Shown here: positions 1 through 10,895 of the stretch, one piece after another
Layout: each line of letters starts with the position of its first letter
Numbering within the stretch: position 1 is the first letter of the stretch
NCBI GenBank assembly: GCA_963782115.1
Contig: CAWAIK010000001.1
Coordinates: 608,001-672,000 of the forward strand
Source of the DNA: an uncultured Verrucomicrobiae bacterium
GTDB taxonomy: Bacteria > Verrucomicrobiota > Verrucomicrobiia > Chthoniobacterales > JAFAMB01
Length of the DNA: 64,000 bases
Direction of reading: 5' to 3'
Translations under genes and position numbers: made by a program
The notes under the pieces: model-generated
Databases searched by the model: none
The model's input: the letters and a program-made list of their open reading frames with translations, nothing else
What the model was told of the DNA's origin: nothing

Positions 1-198
1 AAAACCCCGCAGCAAATCGAAGACCGCGAGGAATAAAGCCTCTTTGTTTGCGAAGTGGGCATACAGGGTCCGCTTCGTCGTTCCCGCGCGACTGGCGATT
101 ACATCCATCGAGGCCCGCTCATAGCCTTCTTCCAGGAACACCTCACGAGCGGCCCAAAGAATGTGATCGCGCAAGGCGTCGCCTCGTTTTCTGTTCAT
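1..198 (-). CDS. TetR/AcrR family transcriptional regulator (5' part, runs off window)
   Basis: Manual translation from ATG at 198: MNRKRGDALRDHILWAAREVFLEEGYERASMDVIASRAGTTKRTLYAHFANKEALF, a typical TetR N-terminal HTH. Confidence 0.9.
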   Translation of the reverse strand, partial: MNRKRGDALRDHILWAAREVFLEEGYERASMDVIASRAGTTKRTLYAHFANKEALFLAVFDLLRGF

Positions 199-229
199 GA
201 TCCTTCGATTCTTAAAAATCTTCCTTGAA

Positions 230-254
230 AGTATACTATACGGTAGAGTATACT
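230..254. promoter_or_regulatory. Probable TetR operator (dyad AGTATACT-aTACgGTAg-AGTATACT)
   Basis: Near-perfect 25-bp inverted repeat in the gap between divergent tetR and oxidoreductase genes. Confidence 0.7.
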
Positions 255-292
255 ATGCCAACAATGCTTAATCACCAACTTAGGAGTATTTT

Positions 293-1261
293 ATGCGCGT
301 TTTTGTGACCGGTGCCACAGGTTTCATCGGCTATGCTGTGGTCAAGGAACTGCTCAGAGCGGGACACGAGGTCGTTGGACTGACTCGTACCAAAGAAGGG
401 GCCAGGCGTTTGACTGCCGCCAGCGCTACCTCTCACTGGGGCAGTCTCGAAAATCTGGAAAGCTTGAGGAGCGGAGCGGCCTTGGCTGACGGGGTCATCC
501 ACCTCGCCTTTATTCATGGGTTCTCGGATGCGCAGCTGTCCACCCGCATAGGTATGATCGGAGGCGGCTTGATCGGACGGAGTGTCATGTCCAGCTTTTT
601 GTCCGTGATGATCGAAACCGACATGGCGGCGATTAACACCCTCGGCTCAACGCTTGCGGGCTCCGATCGGCCATTCGTGATCACTGTCGGGACTATGGGT
701 CTTCGTCCGGGCCTCATGGCCTCGGAGAACGATGAACCTGATCCGGCTTCTCCTGGAGCCGCTCGCAGCGTGCCATCGGAAAAGGCGGCGTCTGCAATGG
801 CCTCGCAGGGCGTTCGTACGTCGGTGGTACGCCTCTCTCCCTCGGTGCACGGCGACGGCGATGCAGGCTTTATCCCTCGTCTCATCGATATCGCAAGAAA
901 GAAGCGCGCATCGGTGTATGTGGGAAATGGGGCCAACCGATGGCCCGCCGTCCACCGGTTAGACGCGGCCCGGCTTTATCGGCTGGCGCTTGAGAAGGGC
1001 GCTGCTGGCAGCACGTATCACGGGGTCGCCGAAGTAGGCGTGCCGTTCCGAGAGATCGCTGAAGTCATCGGGCGACGCCTGAAATTACCAGTCGTAACTA
1101 AAACCTCGAAGGAGGCGGCTGCCCATTTTAATTGGCTCGCGTCCTTTGTTGCGACCGACAATCCGGTCTCCAGTCAAGCGACCCAGAAGAACCTGGGTTG
1201 GCAACCAACCGAGCCTGCCCTCATTCCGGACATTGATCGCCCGAGCTACTTCCAGCCCTAA
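293..1261 (+). CDS. Atypical SDR / NAD-dependent epimerase-dehydratase family oxidoreductase
   Basis: MRVFVTGATGFIG Rossmann motif; RWPAVHRLDAA; AGGAG RBS. Confidence 0.9.
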   Translation: MRVFVTGATGFIGYAVVKELLRAGHEVVGLTRTKEGARRLTAASATSHWGSLENLESLRSGAALADGVIHLAFIHGFSDAQLSTRIGMIGGGLIGRSVMSSFLSVMIETDMAAINTLGSTLAGSDRPFVITVGTMGLRPGLMASENDEPDPASPGAARSVPSEKAASAMASQGVRTSVVRLSPSVHGDGDAGFIPRLIDIARKKRASVYVGNGANRWPAVHRLDAARLYRLALEKGAAGSTYHGVAEVGVPFREIAEVIGRRLKLPVVTKTSKEAAAHFNWLASFVATDNPVSSQATQKNLGWQPTEPALIPDIDRPSYFQP

Positions 1262-1448
1262 TCTCAACGACGCGCTCTGACTTTGACCAGGAGCCTTCCA
1301 TCATTCTCTCACATACAAAATACGGTAACGCCTTGTCGCCGGTAAAGGCGTGTACACCCCATGCGAAAGGCCCTCGCTTCTAGCTAAACCCAGCGTCGCA
1401 TCGCAGGCTCAGAATGGGTCAGCGGCTGATCGTCTGATCACTTTGGTC

Positions 1449-1832
1449 TCATGGACGCCGTTCCGCAGCGGCGGCGAGTTCCTCGGCCTCCTGGAGATTG
1501 CGCCCAAATGGCGATTCGCAGTAGACGTGCTTCCCCGCTTCAAGAGCGGCGAGGAGCACCTTCCGGTGCTCAGGGACTTTGACGCAAATGGCCACGATGT
1601 CGATCTCATCACTGCCCACCAGCGCAAGGGCGTCCCCATACCAATGGTCCGCGCCAAATGCCTGGGCCGCAGCTTGGGCGCTTTTCTCGCTGCGGGTAGC
1701 GACGGCCATAAGTTTCAGGCAAGGTAAATTTTGGAGAGCAGGTACATGGGCTTCCTTAGCCCAACCTCGTTCCGCGTTTGCGCCGACGATACCAACTCGC
1801 AATGGCTGATCCTGATTTGGTTTTGAATTCAT
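1449..1832 (-). pseudogene. Truncated Gfo/Idh/MocA oxidoreductase (N-terminal NAD-binding domain only)
   Basis: LRVGIVGA...AGKHVYCESP (CEKP-like motif); ends after 127 aa with no C-terminal domain. Confidence 0.75.
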
Positions 1833-2024
1833 GAATCAAAGTAATGCAATGGCTCTTTCATAAGGATTCTATTGGATGAGTCGAACTCAACATCGATTCC
1901 TTACAAAGCTTGCGCATTTACGAAAAGCGCTTGCGCGGTCGCTTTCGTAGCCAACTCCGCCAAAGACACTAATGAGAGGCAAAAATCCTTTCCCAACGCT
2001 GTAGATCGGTGTTATTTTTTGCCT

Positions 2025-2639
2025 GTGCGCATCCCTCGCCGTCCTGCATCCAGCGCAGCGCTAGATCCCGAAAGCTGGGTCGATCTGCACGGCGATTGCC
2101 TCTACCGGTATGCGCTTGTTCGCGTCAATAGCCCGGCGATTGCAGAGGACCTTGTTCAGGAAACGCTCTTGGCAGCGCTCAAGGGGAGGGCTGCTTTTTC
2201 CGGACGCTCTTCGGAACGAAGCTGGTTGTGTGGTATTCTGAAAAACAAAATTGTAGATTACTATCGCAAACGTGGTCGTGAGACATCTTTTACGGACATG
2301 GAATTCCTTTCCGACGAATTCTCGGAAAAGTATGTCGGCGAGGGCTGGATCCACCGGGAAGCACCGAAGGATTGGAAACCCGAGCCTGACATAGTTGCCC
2401 ATCGTTCCGAATTTTGGGCAGTGATGCGACGGTGCTTGGAAAAGCTGCCGGAACGCATTGAAAGCGTCTTCATGCTTCGAGAGATGGACGACGTTTCAAC
2501 CAAGGAAATTTGCGAAACCCTTTCAGTAAGTGAGAGCAATCTTTGGGTGATGCTTCATCGCGCGCGAATGGCACTGCGCGAATGCCTTGAGCGAAACTGG
2601 TTCGGTACCGATCGTAAGGTGACCCGATCCAAGCCATAA
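2025..2639 (+). CDS. ECF sigma-70 factor
   Basis: AEDLVQETLLAA, SWLCGILKNKIVD, region 4 VFMLRE..EIC..SESNLWVMLHRAR; start codon uncertain (GTG 2025). Confidence 0.9.
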   Translation: MRIPRRPASSAALDPESWVDLHGDCLYRYALVRVNSPAIAEDLVQETLLAALKGRAAFSGRSSERSWLCGILKNKIVDYYRKRGRETSFTDMEFLSDEFSEKYVGEGWIHREAPKDWKPEPDIVAHRSEFWAVMRRCLEKLPERIESVFMLREMDDVSTKEICETLSVSESNLWVMLHRARMALRECLERNWFGTDRKVTRSKP

Positions 2640-2736
2640 CTCGGCTCCGCTTTCGCGGCTCATTTTTGGGGAACTCGGGGGCCCGGGCGGTTCGGGTCCG
2701 GCATCTCTAGCTTCGAAGTTTCTTCGTAGCCGCCCT

Positions 2737-2764
2737 GTAAGGTTCGAAGGGAAAAAACGACTTA
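2737..2764 (+). promoter_or_regulatory. Putative ECF promoter GTAAGGTT-N13-CGACTTA upstream of the anti-sigma gene
   Basis: Bipartite ECF-like -35/-10 motif lying between the sigma and anti-sigma genes. Confidence 0.5.
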
Positions 2765-2786
2765 TCTAAGACCCCCGTAGCGAGCC

Positions 2787-3146
2787 ATGCCCGAAGAAGA
2801 TCCCAACCCGCGCACTCCGGACGACGATTCGTTGATCCAGGGTAAGAATCCCGTCACACAAAAAGTGACCGACGTCATTTTTCGCAACACTCCTACCTGT
2901 GCGCAGATAACTCGTTTGATCTCGGAGGAACTTGATCATCCGCTTCCGCTCGCAACGAGACTTCGGATGAGAATCCATTTTCTGGCTTGCTGTTATTGTG
3001 AGAGATACAAAAAGAACCTCCGCTTTTTGCGTTCTTTTCTCCTTTCGTCTTCCAAACATCTGGATGAAATCTCCAATGAAACCTTGTCGCCTGAAGCAAA
3101 AGAACGTCTAAAGACGAGCTTACGTGAAGAAGACCCGCCGGGTTAA
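2787..3146 (+). CDS. Zinc-binding anti-sigma factor (zf-HC2/ZAS)
   Basis: C...HFLACCYC (HxxxCxxC) motif, directly downstream of the ECF sigma. Confidence 0.85.
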   Translation: MPEEDPNPRTPDDDSLIQGKNPVTQKVTDVIFRNTPTCAQITRLISEELDHPLPLATRLRMRIHFLACCYCERYKKNLRFLRSFLLSSSKHLDEISNETLSPEAKERLKTSLREEDPPG

Positions 3147-3199
3147 AGAGCCGTCGATAACACCGCCTGCTATTTCGAGTCAAAGGCGTGAACACCCGT

Positions 3200-3470
3200 C
3201 CAATTCTCCGGATGGCCGACCGATGCCAGGCATCGATGCAACCCAAAGCACGTTTCGAAGATCGGGGCACCCGCCCATTCTGGCAAAGCGTATAAGTGCC
3301 GTAAGGCTTCGTGGCAACGAAGGGCCGAGCGACAGGCGAAAATCTCATGATCCGCAATCGGCTCGGGCAAATTTCAAAAAATCATGATCGAATCCCCGAT
3401 GTACTTGTCGACCGTCCTTTTCTCCCTCTGGATCGTCTGCCATGACTTGCAGCTGGCAACCGACAGGGAA
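3200..3470 (-). pseudogene. Internal fragment of class III adenylate/guanylate cyclase
   Basis: Minus-strand reading TVDKYIGDSIMIF*NLPEPIADHEIFACRSAL...FETCFGLHR...SVGH; in-frame TGA where W is expected. Confidence 0.7.
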
Positions 3471-3480
3471 ATGCGACCCG

Positions 3481-3714
3481 CTGCAACCGGTTTTACCGCT
3501 GGCGATCACTCTTTCGATCCTCGGCACAGCCGCCGCATTTCTTCCGCGCCTCCTGGCCGTCGCGCGTTTTCGGCAACCGCTTAGCGGCGCACTTCTCCAC
3601 CCGCTCGGCATCTGCGCTCTGCTCGCGATCCAGTGGTTCGGATTTGTTCGCTCACTTTGCAAACGCCCCGCGCGGTGGAGAGGTCGCACTTATTTCAGGG
3701 CTCGCCACACATGA
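3481..3714 (+). pseudogene. C-terminal fragment of a GT2 membrane glycosyltransferase
   Basis: RFRQPLSGALLHPLG...WRGRTY terminus typical of carotenoid/hopanoid-type GT2; no N-terminal catalytic domain. Confidence 0.6.
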
Positions 3715-4186
3715 AAACCCTGCTCCTCGGCCTCATCGCGGCCCATTGCGTCACCCCATACGCCGTTGCAGCTCCGGTGGCAAAACTCGGCAATTTCGAA
3801 CTCACTGATCAGGAAGCCAATAAGCGCACCTACCGCTTCCCAAAAACGAAGGTTACCGTCATGACCGTTACCGATCAAAAGGCGCCGATCAACTCGCATC
3901 TTGGATTCAGCGTGTGTACGACCGCTTCCAAAACCAGATCGATATCGATGGCGTGGCGGACGTCTCAATGATCCCGAAACTATTCCAACCGATCCTGTGG
4001 GAGGCGTTCAAGAAACAATTGGGATACTCCGTGATGCTCGACTGGGACGGTTCGGTGGTGAAGCAATTCGCCTACGAAAAAAACGTGGCAAACATCTACG
4101 GGATTGATCGGGGCGGTCGCATCGTGAAACGGCTCACAGGTGCAGTCAGTAACGAAGCCCCTGCGCGCTCTGTTTCACGCAATTGA
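3711..4186 (+). CDS. Exported thioredoxin-like-fold protein, frameshifted near 3880
   Basis: Signal peptide MKTLLLGLIAA; FELTDQ; continues in ORF 3914-4186 (VMLDWDG...GIDRGGRIV). Confidence 0.55.
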
Positions 4187-4237
4187 TGCGGCGATCGCTG
4201 ACGCTCAACAAAATGATCCCGTTTGATTTTTGATCTT

Positions 4238-4705
4238 ATGAAAGAATCCGTGTTTAGCTCTGAAATTTGGCTTCCCAAACCCCCGGAGGAGATATTTCCG
4301 TTTTTTGGAGACGCTCACAATCTCGAAATTATCACTCCGCCATGGTTGCAATTTGAAGTTTTAACAAAAGGTCCGATCGAGATGCGTCCGGGCACACTGA
4401 TCGATTATCGTATCCGCCTTCATGGCATCCAGTTGCGTTGGCGAACAAATATTGTGGCCTGGGAACCGCCTTATCGATTTATCGACGACCAGATCAGGGG
4501 TCCTTTTCAGCGGTGGCATCACGAGCACATTTTCTAATCGCAGGATAACGGAACCCTCTGCCGAGACCGGGTCCATTATGCGGTTCTTGGCGGGCCGCTG
4601 GTAGATCGTTTGTTCGTGCGGCGAGATGTGGAAAAGATATTTAAGTTTCGCCGGCAAAAACTGTTGGAGCTATTTGAGCTCGATAAACGGATCTGTTGCA
4701 GATAG
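4238..4705 (+). pseudogene. SRPBCC (cyclase/dehydrase-like) family protein with in-frame stop at 4535-4537
   Basis: NLEIITPPW...DDQIRGPFQRWHHEHIF*SQDNGTLCRDRVHY...IFKFR. Confidence 0.75.
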
Positions 4706-5829
4706 GTGCATCCCTCACGCAGCAAGCACGTTTATAACATATCTAGAATGGGTGTTCGCACCCATTCGCGGAAGTTTTCTCACGGTAATTACGACGGAAG
4801 GTTTGAGCGGAAATCGGGGTTTTCACTAGTTTTAAGTGCTTGTCGCACGCGATGCGGATCCAGCAGTTAAGGACCTAACACAAGCCTTGAGCCTCGGTCT
4901 TAACAGTGACTAAGTTCATTGTTCCTAGTTTAGTAGATTTCAATCTGTTTCTTTAGTTGGAGGACACATCGGCCATGGACCTTCTGGCTAAGTGGAGCTT
5001 GGGGACACACAGCTGATTCTTCAGTTTTGTTTGTGGCGGCGTAAGCGGACTTCGTGAAATTTGCAGCCAGCCTAGTCCTAGTGCCGACAATAACGATCTT
5101 CTTTCTTCCTGGCGCGTTCAATCCTGCGGTTGTGCAAAGCAGATCGTTCCCTGATAGCGATGGATAAATTGGCCGGCAACGCTATCGCCTGGGCCAAAGA
5201 GGATATTTATGTATCCACTAGCGCCCGGTTCCTCCGGTGATTTTTAGGCCAGCGGGATAGATCGCTGCAGATACGTTAGAACCAGGAATTGGCCCCACCG
5301 CCGTCGCAGAGGCTTAATCCGTGTATAACGCGCGAAAAATAGATTGAACGGTTGAACGAAGCCGCTACGCAGAGTCCATGAGTCGTGGGCGTTTTGTATT
5401 GTTGGCAGAGCGTTGGCAGACCGCTTTCGCTTGAGCCGCTTCTCGATACCGCCGCCTCAGACTATAGGCAATGCGCAATCTCCGGATTGGAAACCTTACG
5501 GACCATCGACGAGTTCGTTATGGGCGCCGAAGATGCGCGGATTGCGTGGTATGCCGTGGCGCGCCATCTCCAATTGCTTTCGATGCGCGATTGGACCGAT
5601 GACGCCAAACTCGCCAAGGCGCTCGGTGTAGTGCGTCGTTCAACATTCGCAAGAGGCGGGCGCGTACAATGGTTGCGATCCTGCAAACCTCCGTCTCGAC
5701 TTCAATTCGGCTAATAAACGCTTCGCCGGCTTAGTTTCAATCGGATACGCTTCGACGCCGCCAACGATTCGGTTCGGTCGGCGCGCGCCTTCACATATCG
5801 CGCATGGTCGGTTTGCGCGTCGGCGCTTG

Positions 5830-6511
5830 AACGCGGCGCGTGGCGCTTTGCTGCCACAACGACTCGATGAGCATCAACAAAATAGATCTTTTCGTGAGCG
5901 CGTTCAAGCGCATCGTCAGCAAAAGCAGGCCATCGCCGCCGCAGCCATCGACTACATCAAAGACGGGCGACACCATTATCCTGGAGGCAGGCACCACCAT
6001 ACCTGCCTTGGCCCAGCTTTTGAAAGAGCAGGTTAAATCCGTCTTTATCATCACCTGCTCGGTTCCGGTAGCCCTCGAGTTGTCTAGCGCTGGTTATGAC
6101 ATTCTGCTGTTAGGCGGCATGGTCAGGAACAAAAGCCTGGCTTTGCTGGGACGCGAAACGTTGGCAATCCTCGAGCGGTATCGGGCCGACAAGGCTTTTG
6201 TGGGCAGTTCGGGGTTTACGGCCGGAATGGGGCACAGCACGCCTAATCCAGAGGATGCACAAATCTAAGAGGCCATCATGCGAGCTGCCGACGAGACTTA
6301 CGTCCTGGTAGACTCCTCGAAGTTCGGCCACGATTGCTTAACGACTTTTACGCGCCTTCGCAAAGTCTCTTTGACGATCACCGACAGTTATCTATCCCGC
6401 GCCAAAGCTCAAACGCTGGAGGCCGTGGGCGCAAAACTTCGTATCGTGAATATGGCCAAGACGGATTTGGACGACAAGGTACATGGAGTAGGAAAGGATA
6501 ATAGAAGCTAG
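5830..6511 (+). pseudogene. DeoR/GlpR family regulator remnant (sensor domain only)
   Basis: KQAIAAAA...DTIILEAGTT...LLGG...LVDSSKFG; lacks the HTH, has a frameshift near 5965 and a TAA at 6266-6268. Confidence 0.8.
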
Positions 6512-7011
6512 TTATAATGTTCTTGATTTACAATGAATGCGTATCTAATTTCTTGTCGAAAGAAACAACTAAGAAAATTCTGACGCTTTCGCTTGGCTCC
6601 CTCCCGAACCAGGTTGCGGCAAGAAGTCATGCAGATTCGCGCAAGGACTGGTTTTATCGCATGTCTTGACGTTCTGATTCACAATCTGGGTGCCACAGAT
6701 GGCGGGCAGCAATAGAATTTACCCCCAAAATCAAAATGAAAATATGTCCACTTCCAAAACGGCGCTGCCAACTGGTCCGTAATTACAATGGTGGCAATCG
6801 CGCCGGCGAAGATTGATGGCGCTGCCCCGAAATCGGTTCGATGGCCGAGAGCTGAGGCCTTCTCGTCGCTGAGGACATCGCGGTAATCGTTGGTGGTTTA
6901 CCACCGCAGAGACACAAGCGCGCGGAAGGGGAGACAAGCGCGCGGCTAATCAGCCGCTCAGTAGTGCAGTCAGAAGTAAATGTCAGAAATAATTCGTTAC
7001 CTAGATTCTAT

Positions 7012-8901
7012 ATGAGCAATTCGATTCGTCTTACGGTGGGTCAGGCATTGGTTCGCTTCGTTGCAAAACAATACGTGGAGCGGGATGGACGCCAAAACCG
7101 CTTTATTGAAGGGTTCTGGGGTATCTTTGGTCACGGCAATGTATCAGGGCTTGGCCAAGGCATTGTGGAATTTGCCGAAAAGGAGGGGTTGCGATTTTAC
7201 CGTCCGCAGCATGAGCAAGGAATGGTACATATTTCGGCTGCATTCGCTAAGCACCGTAATCGACTCTCGACCTTTGCCTGCACAACCTCCATTGGTCCTG
7301 GGGCGCTCAATATGGTTACCGGGGCTGGGGTGGCGACGGTGAACCGATTGCCGGTGTTGCTCCTGCCGAGCGACTATTTTGCCAACCGCGTGCCCGACCC
7401 TGTGTTGCAACAGATCGAGCATCCGATTGAGAGGGATGTCAGCGCGAACGACGCTTTTCGACCTGTTTCAAGGTTCTTTGATCGGATTTCACGCCCGGAG
7501 CAATTGTTGGCGAGTCTACCAGAGGCGTTCCGGATTTTAACGGACCCTGCAGAGACTGGGGCTGTGACCGTGAGTCTACCGGAGGACGTGCAGGCCGAGG
7601 CGTTTGACTGGCCTGCGGAATTTTTCCAGAAGCGTGTTTGGCATGTGCGCCGTCCGCTGCCCGAGCCGGAGTTGATCAAGGAAGTTGCGTCTCGGCTAGA
7701 GAAAGCCGAGTGCCCAATCATTATCACGGGTGGAGGAACGATTTATTCAGAAGCGTGGTCTGAACTAAAGGCATTTGCTGAGGAATTTGGCATTGCGGTG
7801 ACCGAGACCCAGGCGGGTAAAGGTGCGCTCAATTGGAATCATCCGTGGAATGCCGGGCCTATCGGTTCGAATGGAGGCACCGCGGCAAATGAGATGGCAA
7901 AAGAGACAGACTTGATTCTGGCCCTGGGCACGCGTTTGACCGATTTTACAACAGCTTCCCGATCGCAATTCCAAAATCCGGCAGTGCGTTTTATCGGAGT
8001 CAACGTCACACCGATGGATGCAAGCAAGTTGGCGGCATTGCCGGTGGTGGCCGATGTGAAGCGAACTTTGCCCGAGTTAACAAAGGCTCTTAAGGACGCG
8101 GGATACAAAGGCACCCACGACAAATATAAACAACGGTTAACCAAACTCAAAGAGCAATGGGATAACAAAGTAATCGAAATCAGGACGACTAAAGAAGAGA
8201 AGGGTGCGCTGTCCGAGATTGGCGTTATTGGATTAGTCAATGAGGCTGTGGGTGGAAAGGCAACCGTGGTTTGTGCCGCGGGTAACATGCCGGGTGAGCT
8301 GCTGCGGCTCTGGCGACCCGAGGATCCAAAAGCCTATCATCTGGAGTACGGCTTTTCTTGCATGGGCTACGAAATTCCGGGCGGCATTGGCGTTAAATTA
8401 GCCGAGCCGGAACGAGATGTTGTGGTGATGATCGGCGATGGAACCTATCTGATGATGAACTCGGAGATTGTCACGGCCGTGGCCGAGGGATTGAAACTCA
8501 CGATTGTGGTGGTTGATAATCACGGATACCAATGCATTCTGGGGCTTCAGCGCATTTGCGGCGTGTCTGATCTCGGCAACGAGCTGCGATTCCGCGACAA
8601 GAAGACCGGGACACTGACGGGCGAGTATGTCCCCATCGACTTTAAGAAACACGCGGAGGCCATGGGTGCGCATGCGGTTTTTGCGCCGAGCGCCGCGGAA
8701 GTCACCAAGGCTGTGCAGGAGGCAAAACAAAGGGACGCGGTCACTGTAATCGTTGTCCCTGTGGATCCTGAAAAACGTATGCCCGGACTAGGAACATGGT
8801 GGGATGTGCCCGTAGCCGAGGTCAGCGGTGTGGCAAAGACGCGTCAGACCCGCGAAAGCTACGAGAAGGCCGCTAAAAAGCAACGCCCAATCTTCGCATA
8901 G
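7012..8901 (+). CDS. iolD: 3D-(3,5/4)-trihydroxycyclohexane-1,2-dione acylhydrolase (ThDP-dependent)
   Basis: RLTVGQALVRF, GIFGHGNV, PDPVLQQIE, YHLEYGFSCMGYEI, WWDVPVAEVS. Confidence 0.95.
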   Translation: MSNSIRLTVGQALVRFVAKQYVERDGRQNRFIEGFWGIFGHGNVSGLGQGIVEFAEKEGLRFYRPQHEQGMVHISAAFAKHRNRLSTFACTTSIGPGALNMVTGAGVATVNRLPVLLLPSDYFANRVPDPVLQQIEHPIERDVSANDAFRPVSRFFDRISRPEQLLASLPEAFRILTDPAETGAVTVSLPEDVQAEAFDWPAEFFQKRVWHVRRPLPEPELIKEVASRLEKAECPIIITGGGTIYSEAWSELKAFAEEFGIAVTETQAGKGALNWNHPWNAGPIGSNGGTAANEMAKETDLILALGTRLTDFTTASRSQFQNPAVRFIGVNVTPMDASKLAALPVVADVKRTLPELTKALKDAGYKGTHDKYKQRLTKLKEQWDNKVIEIRTTKEEKGALSEIGVIGLVNEAVGGKATVVCAAGNMPGELLRLWRPEDPKAYHLEYGFSCMGYEIPGGIGVKLAEPERDVVVMIGDGTYLMMNSEIVTAVAEGLKLTIVVVDNHGYQCILGLQRICGVSDLGNELRFRDKKTGTLTGEYVPIDFKKHAEAMGAHAVFAPSAAEVTKAVQEAKQRDAVTVIVVPVDPEKRMPGLGTWWDVPVAEVSGVAKTRQTRESYEKAAKKQRPIFA

Positions 8902-8965
8902 AACTAGCTGATACCATGAACGTTCGATTTGCTCACGTACCGCGAATGAAGGCGGACTGTTAAAT

Positions 8966-9982
8966 ATGGTTAATAAGAATGTTTTAGAAGTCGCTTTTCT
9001 TGGCGCCGGAAGGATGGGAGAGACCCACCTGCGAAACTTGGGTTCCATTAGTGGCGTCAAGGTGGTGGTTGTTGCCGATCCCGATAGAGAAAGGGCCGAG
9101 CGTGGCCGTGCTATTGCCGGGGCGGAGCTTGCTCTGACCGATCCTGCTGAAGCGATCCGGCATCCGTCAGTCGACGTTGTAATAATCGTTACTCCAACAG
9201 ACACGCATGCGCGTTTGATCGAGTTGGCAGCGAACGCCGGGAAAGCCGTGTTTAGCGAAAAACCAATCGCGCTGGACTTAGCCCAGACGGAGCGGGTTGT
9301 GCAAGTGACTCGCGAGCGAAAAGTACCTGTCCAACTAGGTTTTATGCGTCGTTATGATCCTGGGTATGCAAAGGCAAAAGCGAAGATTCAGGCCGGTGAG
9401 TTAGGTAAATTGGAAACCTTCCGTGCGTTGAGCCGCGATACTTACCCTCCAAGTCTGGAATTCTTATTGGGGAGTGGTGGACTGTTTTTGGACCTGGCGG
9501 TGCATGATTTCGATTTGGCGCGTTTTCTGGTGGGAGAAGTAGAAGAAGTTTATGCATGGGGAGGTGTCTTAATTGATGAACGGTTTGAAAAAGCAAAGGA
9601 CGTCGACACGGCGGCAACGTTACTGAAATTTAAAAACGGCGTCTTGGGCGTTGTGGAGACCTCGCGCCATTCGAATTGGGGATACGACATCAGGACCGAA
9701 GTTGCAGGTTCAATCGGCAAGATAGTTGTGGAAGCACCACAAAAGACCCCGTTACTTTTCGCAAAGGACTTCGCCAGCAGTTTCGACCATTACGAGAATT
9801 TTCCCGACCGTTTTGGAATAGGTTATCGTCTTCAGCTGGAGGCCTTTTTTGAATCCTTGCGTAAAGGTAGCACTCCCACGCCGGGACCCGAAGATGCATT
9901 AGAGACACTTCGCCTGTCCCTGGCCGCCACAAAGAGTTGGAAAGAGAAACGCCCGGTGCAAGTTTCGGAAATCCATACCTGA
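8966..9982 (+). CDS. iolG: Inositol 2-dehydrogenase (Gfo/Idh/MocA)
   Basis: GAGRMG, SEKPIA, GFMRRYD, HDFDLARFL, GYDIRTEV; between iolD and iolB. Confidence 0.8.
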   Translation: MVNKNVLEVAFLGAGRMGETHLRNLGSISGVKVVVVADPDRERAERGRAIAGAELALTDPAEAIRHPSVDVVIIVTPTDTHARLIELAANAGKAVFSEKPIALDLAQTERVVQVTRERKVPVQLGFMRRYDPGYAKAKAKIQAGELGKLETFRALSRDTYPPSLEFLLGSGGLFLDLAVHDFDLARFLVGEVEEVYAWGGVLIDERFEKAKDVDTAATLLKFKNGVLGVVETSRHSNWGYDIRTEVAGSIGKIVVEAPQKTPLLFAKDFASSFDHYENFPDRFGIGYRLQLEAFFESLRKGSTPTPGPEDALETLRLSLAATKSWKEKRPVQVSEIHT

Positions 9983-9997
9983 GCTAGTGCACCGTCT

Positions 9998-10813
9998 ATG
10001 AAACGAAATTATCGTTCTAGTCAGAAAGGCCAATATGCGCTGAACGTCACTCCGCAAGAGGCTAAATGGAAATACGTCTCGTTCAAGGTCGTGCAGCTAC
10101 GTCCGGCGGAAAGCCTGGAAGCAGAGACCGGCATGGAAGAGGTTGTCCTGGTTCCGTTAGCCGGACGCGGGAGACTGTCCTTTGGCGGTAAGATTTACGA
10201 ACTGAACCGCAAAGACCTTTTTAGCAATCGCCCCGATGTGGTTTACCTGCCGCCGGGAACAACTTACAAACTCGAAGCTATTGACTCCTTTGAAATCGCG
10301 CTGGGCGGAGCGCCTGCGGAAGGAAAATTGCCTGCTCGCATCATACCGCGTGATCAGATTGCAACCGCTGTGCGCGGTGGTGCCAATGCGAAACGCGGTG
10401 TCAGTACGCTGGCAGATTCGGACGAACTCACCGAGCGTCTGACGGTATACGAGATCCATACGCCAAGCGGCAATTGGTCAAGCTTTCCACCGCACCGCCA
10501 TGACACAAGGGATAATTCCTCTTACCATGAGGAAACGTATTACTATCGTTTTCAGCCAGAGGACGGATTCGCTATCCAGCGGATTTATACGCGAGACACC
10601 GATCTTGACGTAGCCATTCCCGTGCAGCACGGAGACGTCGTTTTGATTCACGAGGGTTACCACCCCGTAGTGAAGGCGCCTGGCACAAACGCGTATTACC
10701 TGAATTTTTTGGCAGGCGACGTGCGCAAAATCTCTGCGGTTAATGATCCGCACTATGACTGGATAGGGAAGAATTGGGAGGGGAGCCCCATTGATATTCC
10801 CCTGAAAGGCTAG
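9998..10813 (+). CDS. iolB: 5-deoxy-glucuronate isomerase
   Basis: GNWSSFPPHRHD, EETYYYRF, GYHPV, YYLNFLAG. Confidence 0.93.
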   Translation: MKRNYRSSQKGQYALNVTPQEAKWKYVSFKVVQLRPAESLEAETGMEEVVLVPLAGRGRLSFGGKIYELNRKDLFSNRPDVVYLPPGTTYKLEAIDSFEIALGGAPAEGKLPARIIPRDQIATAVRGGANAKRGVSTLADSDELTERLTVYEIHTPSGNWSSFPPHRHDTRDNSSYHEETYYYRFQPEDGFAIQRIYTRDTDLDVAIPVQHGDVVLIHEGYHPVVKAPGTNAYYLNFLAGDVRKISAVNDPHYDWIGKNWEGSPIDIPLKG

Positions 10814-10895
10814 TGTTTTCTCTGCACTCTGTCTTAAAATCGAAACTTGGTTTCGACTGTGATTGAGCATATTGTGCCATCGTCTTCGAAAAGTA

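Noticed and set aside
4930..5714. Short ORFs 4930-5121 and 5385-5714
   Set aside because: No recognisable motifs or credible starts; probably unidentifiable fragments
4535..6268. Stop-codon reassignment (in-frame TAA in SRPBCC and DeoR genes)
   Set aside because: TAA, TAG and TGA all end core genes normally; in-frame stops occur only in decayed accessory genes
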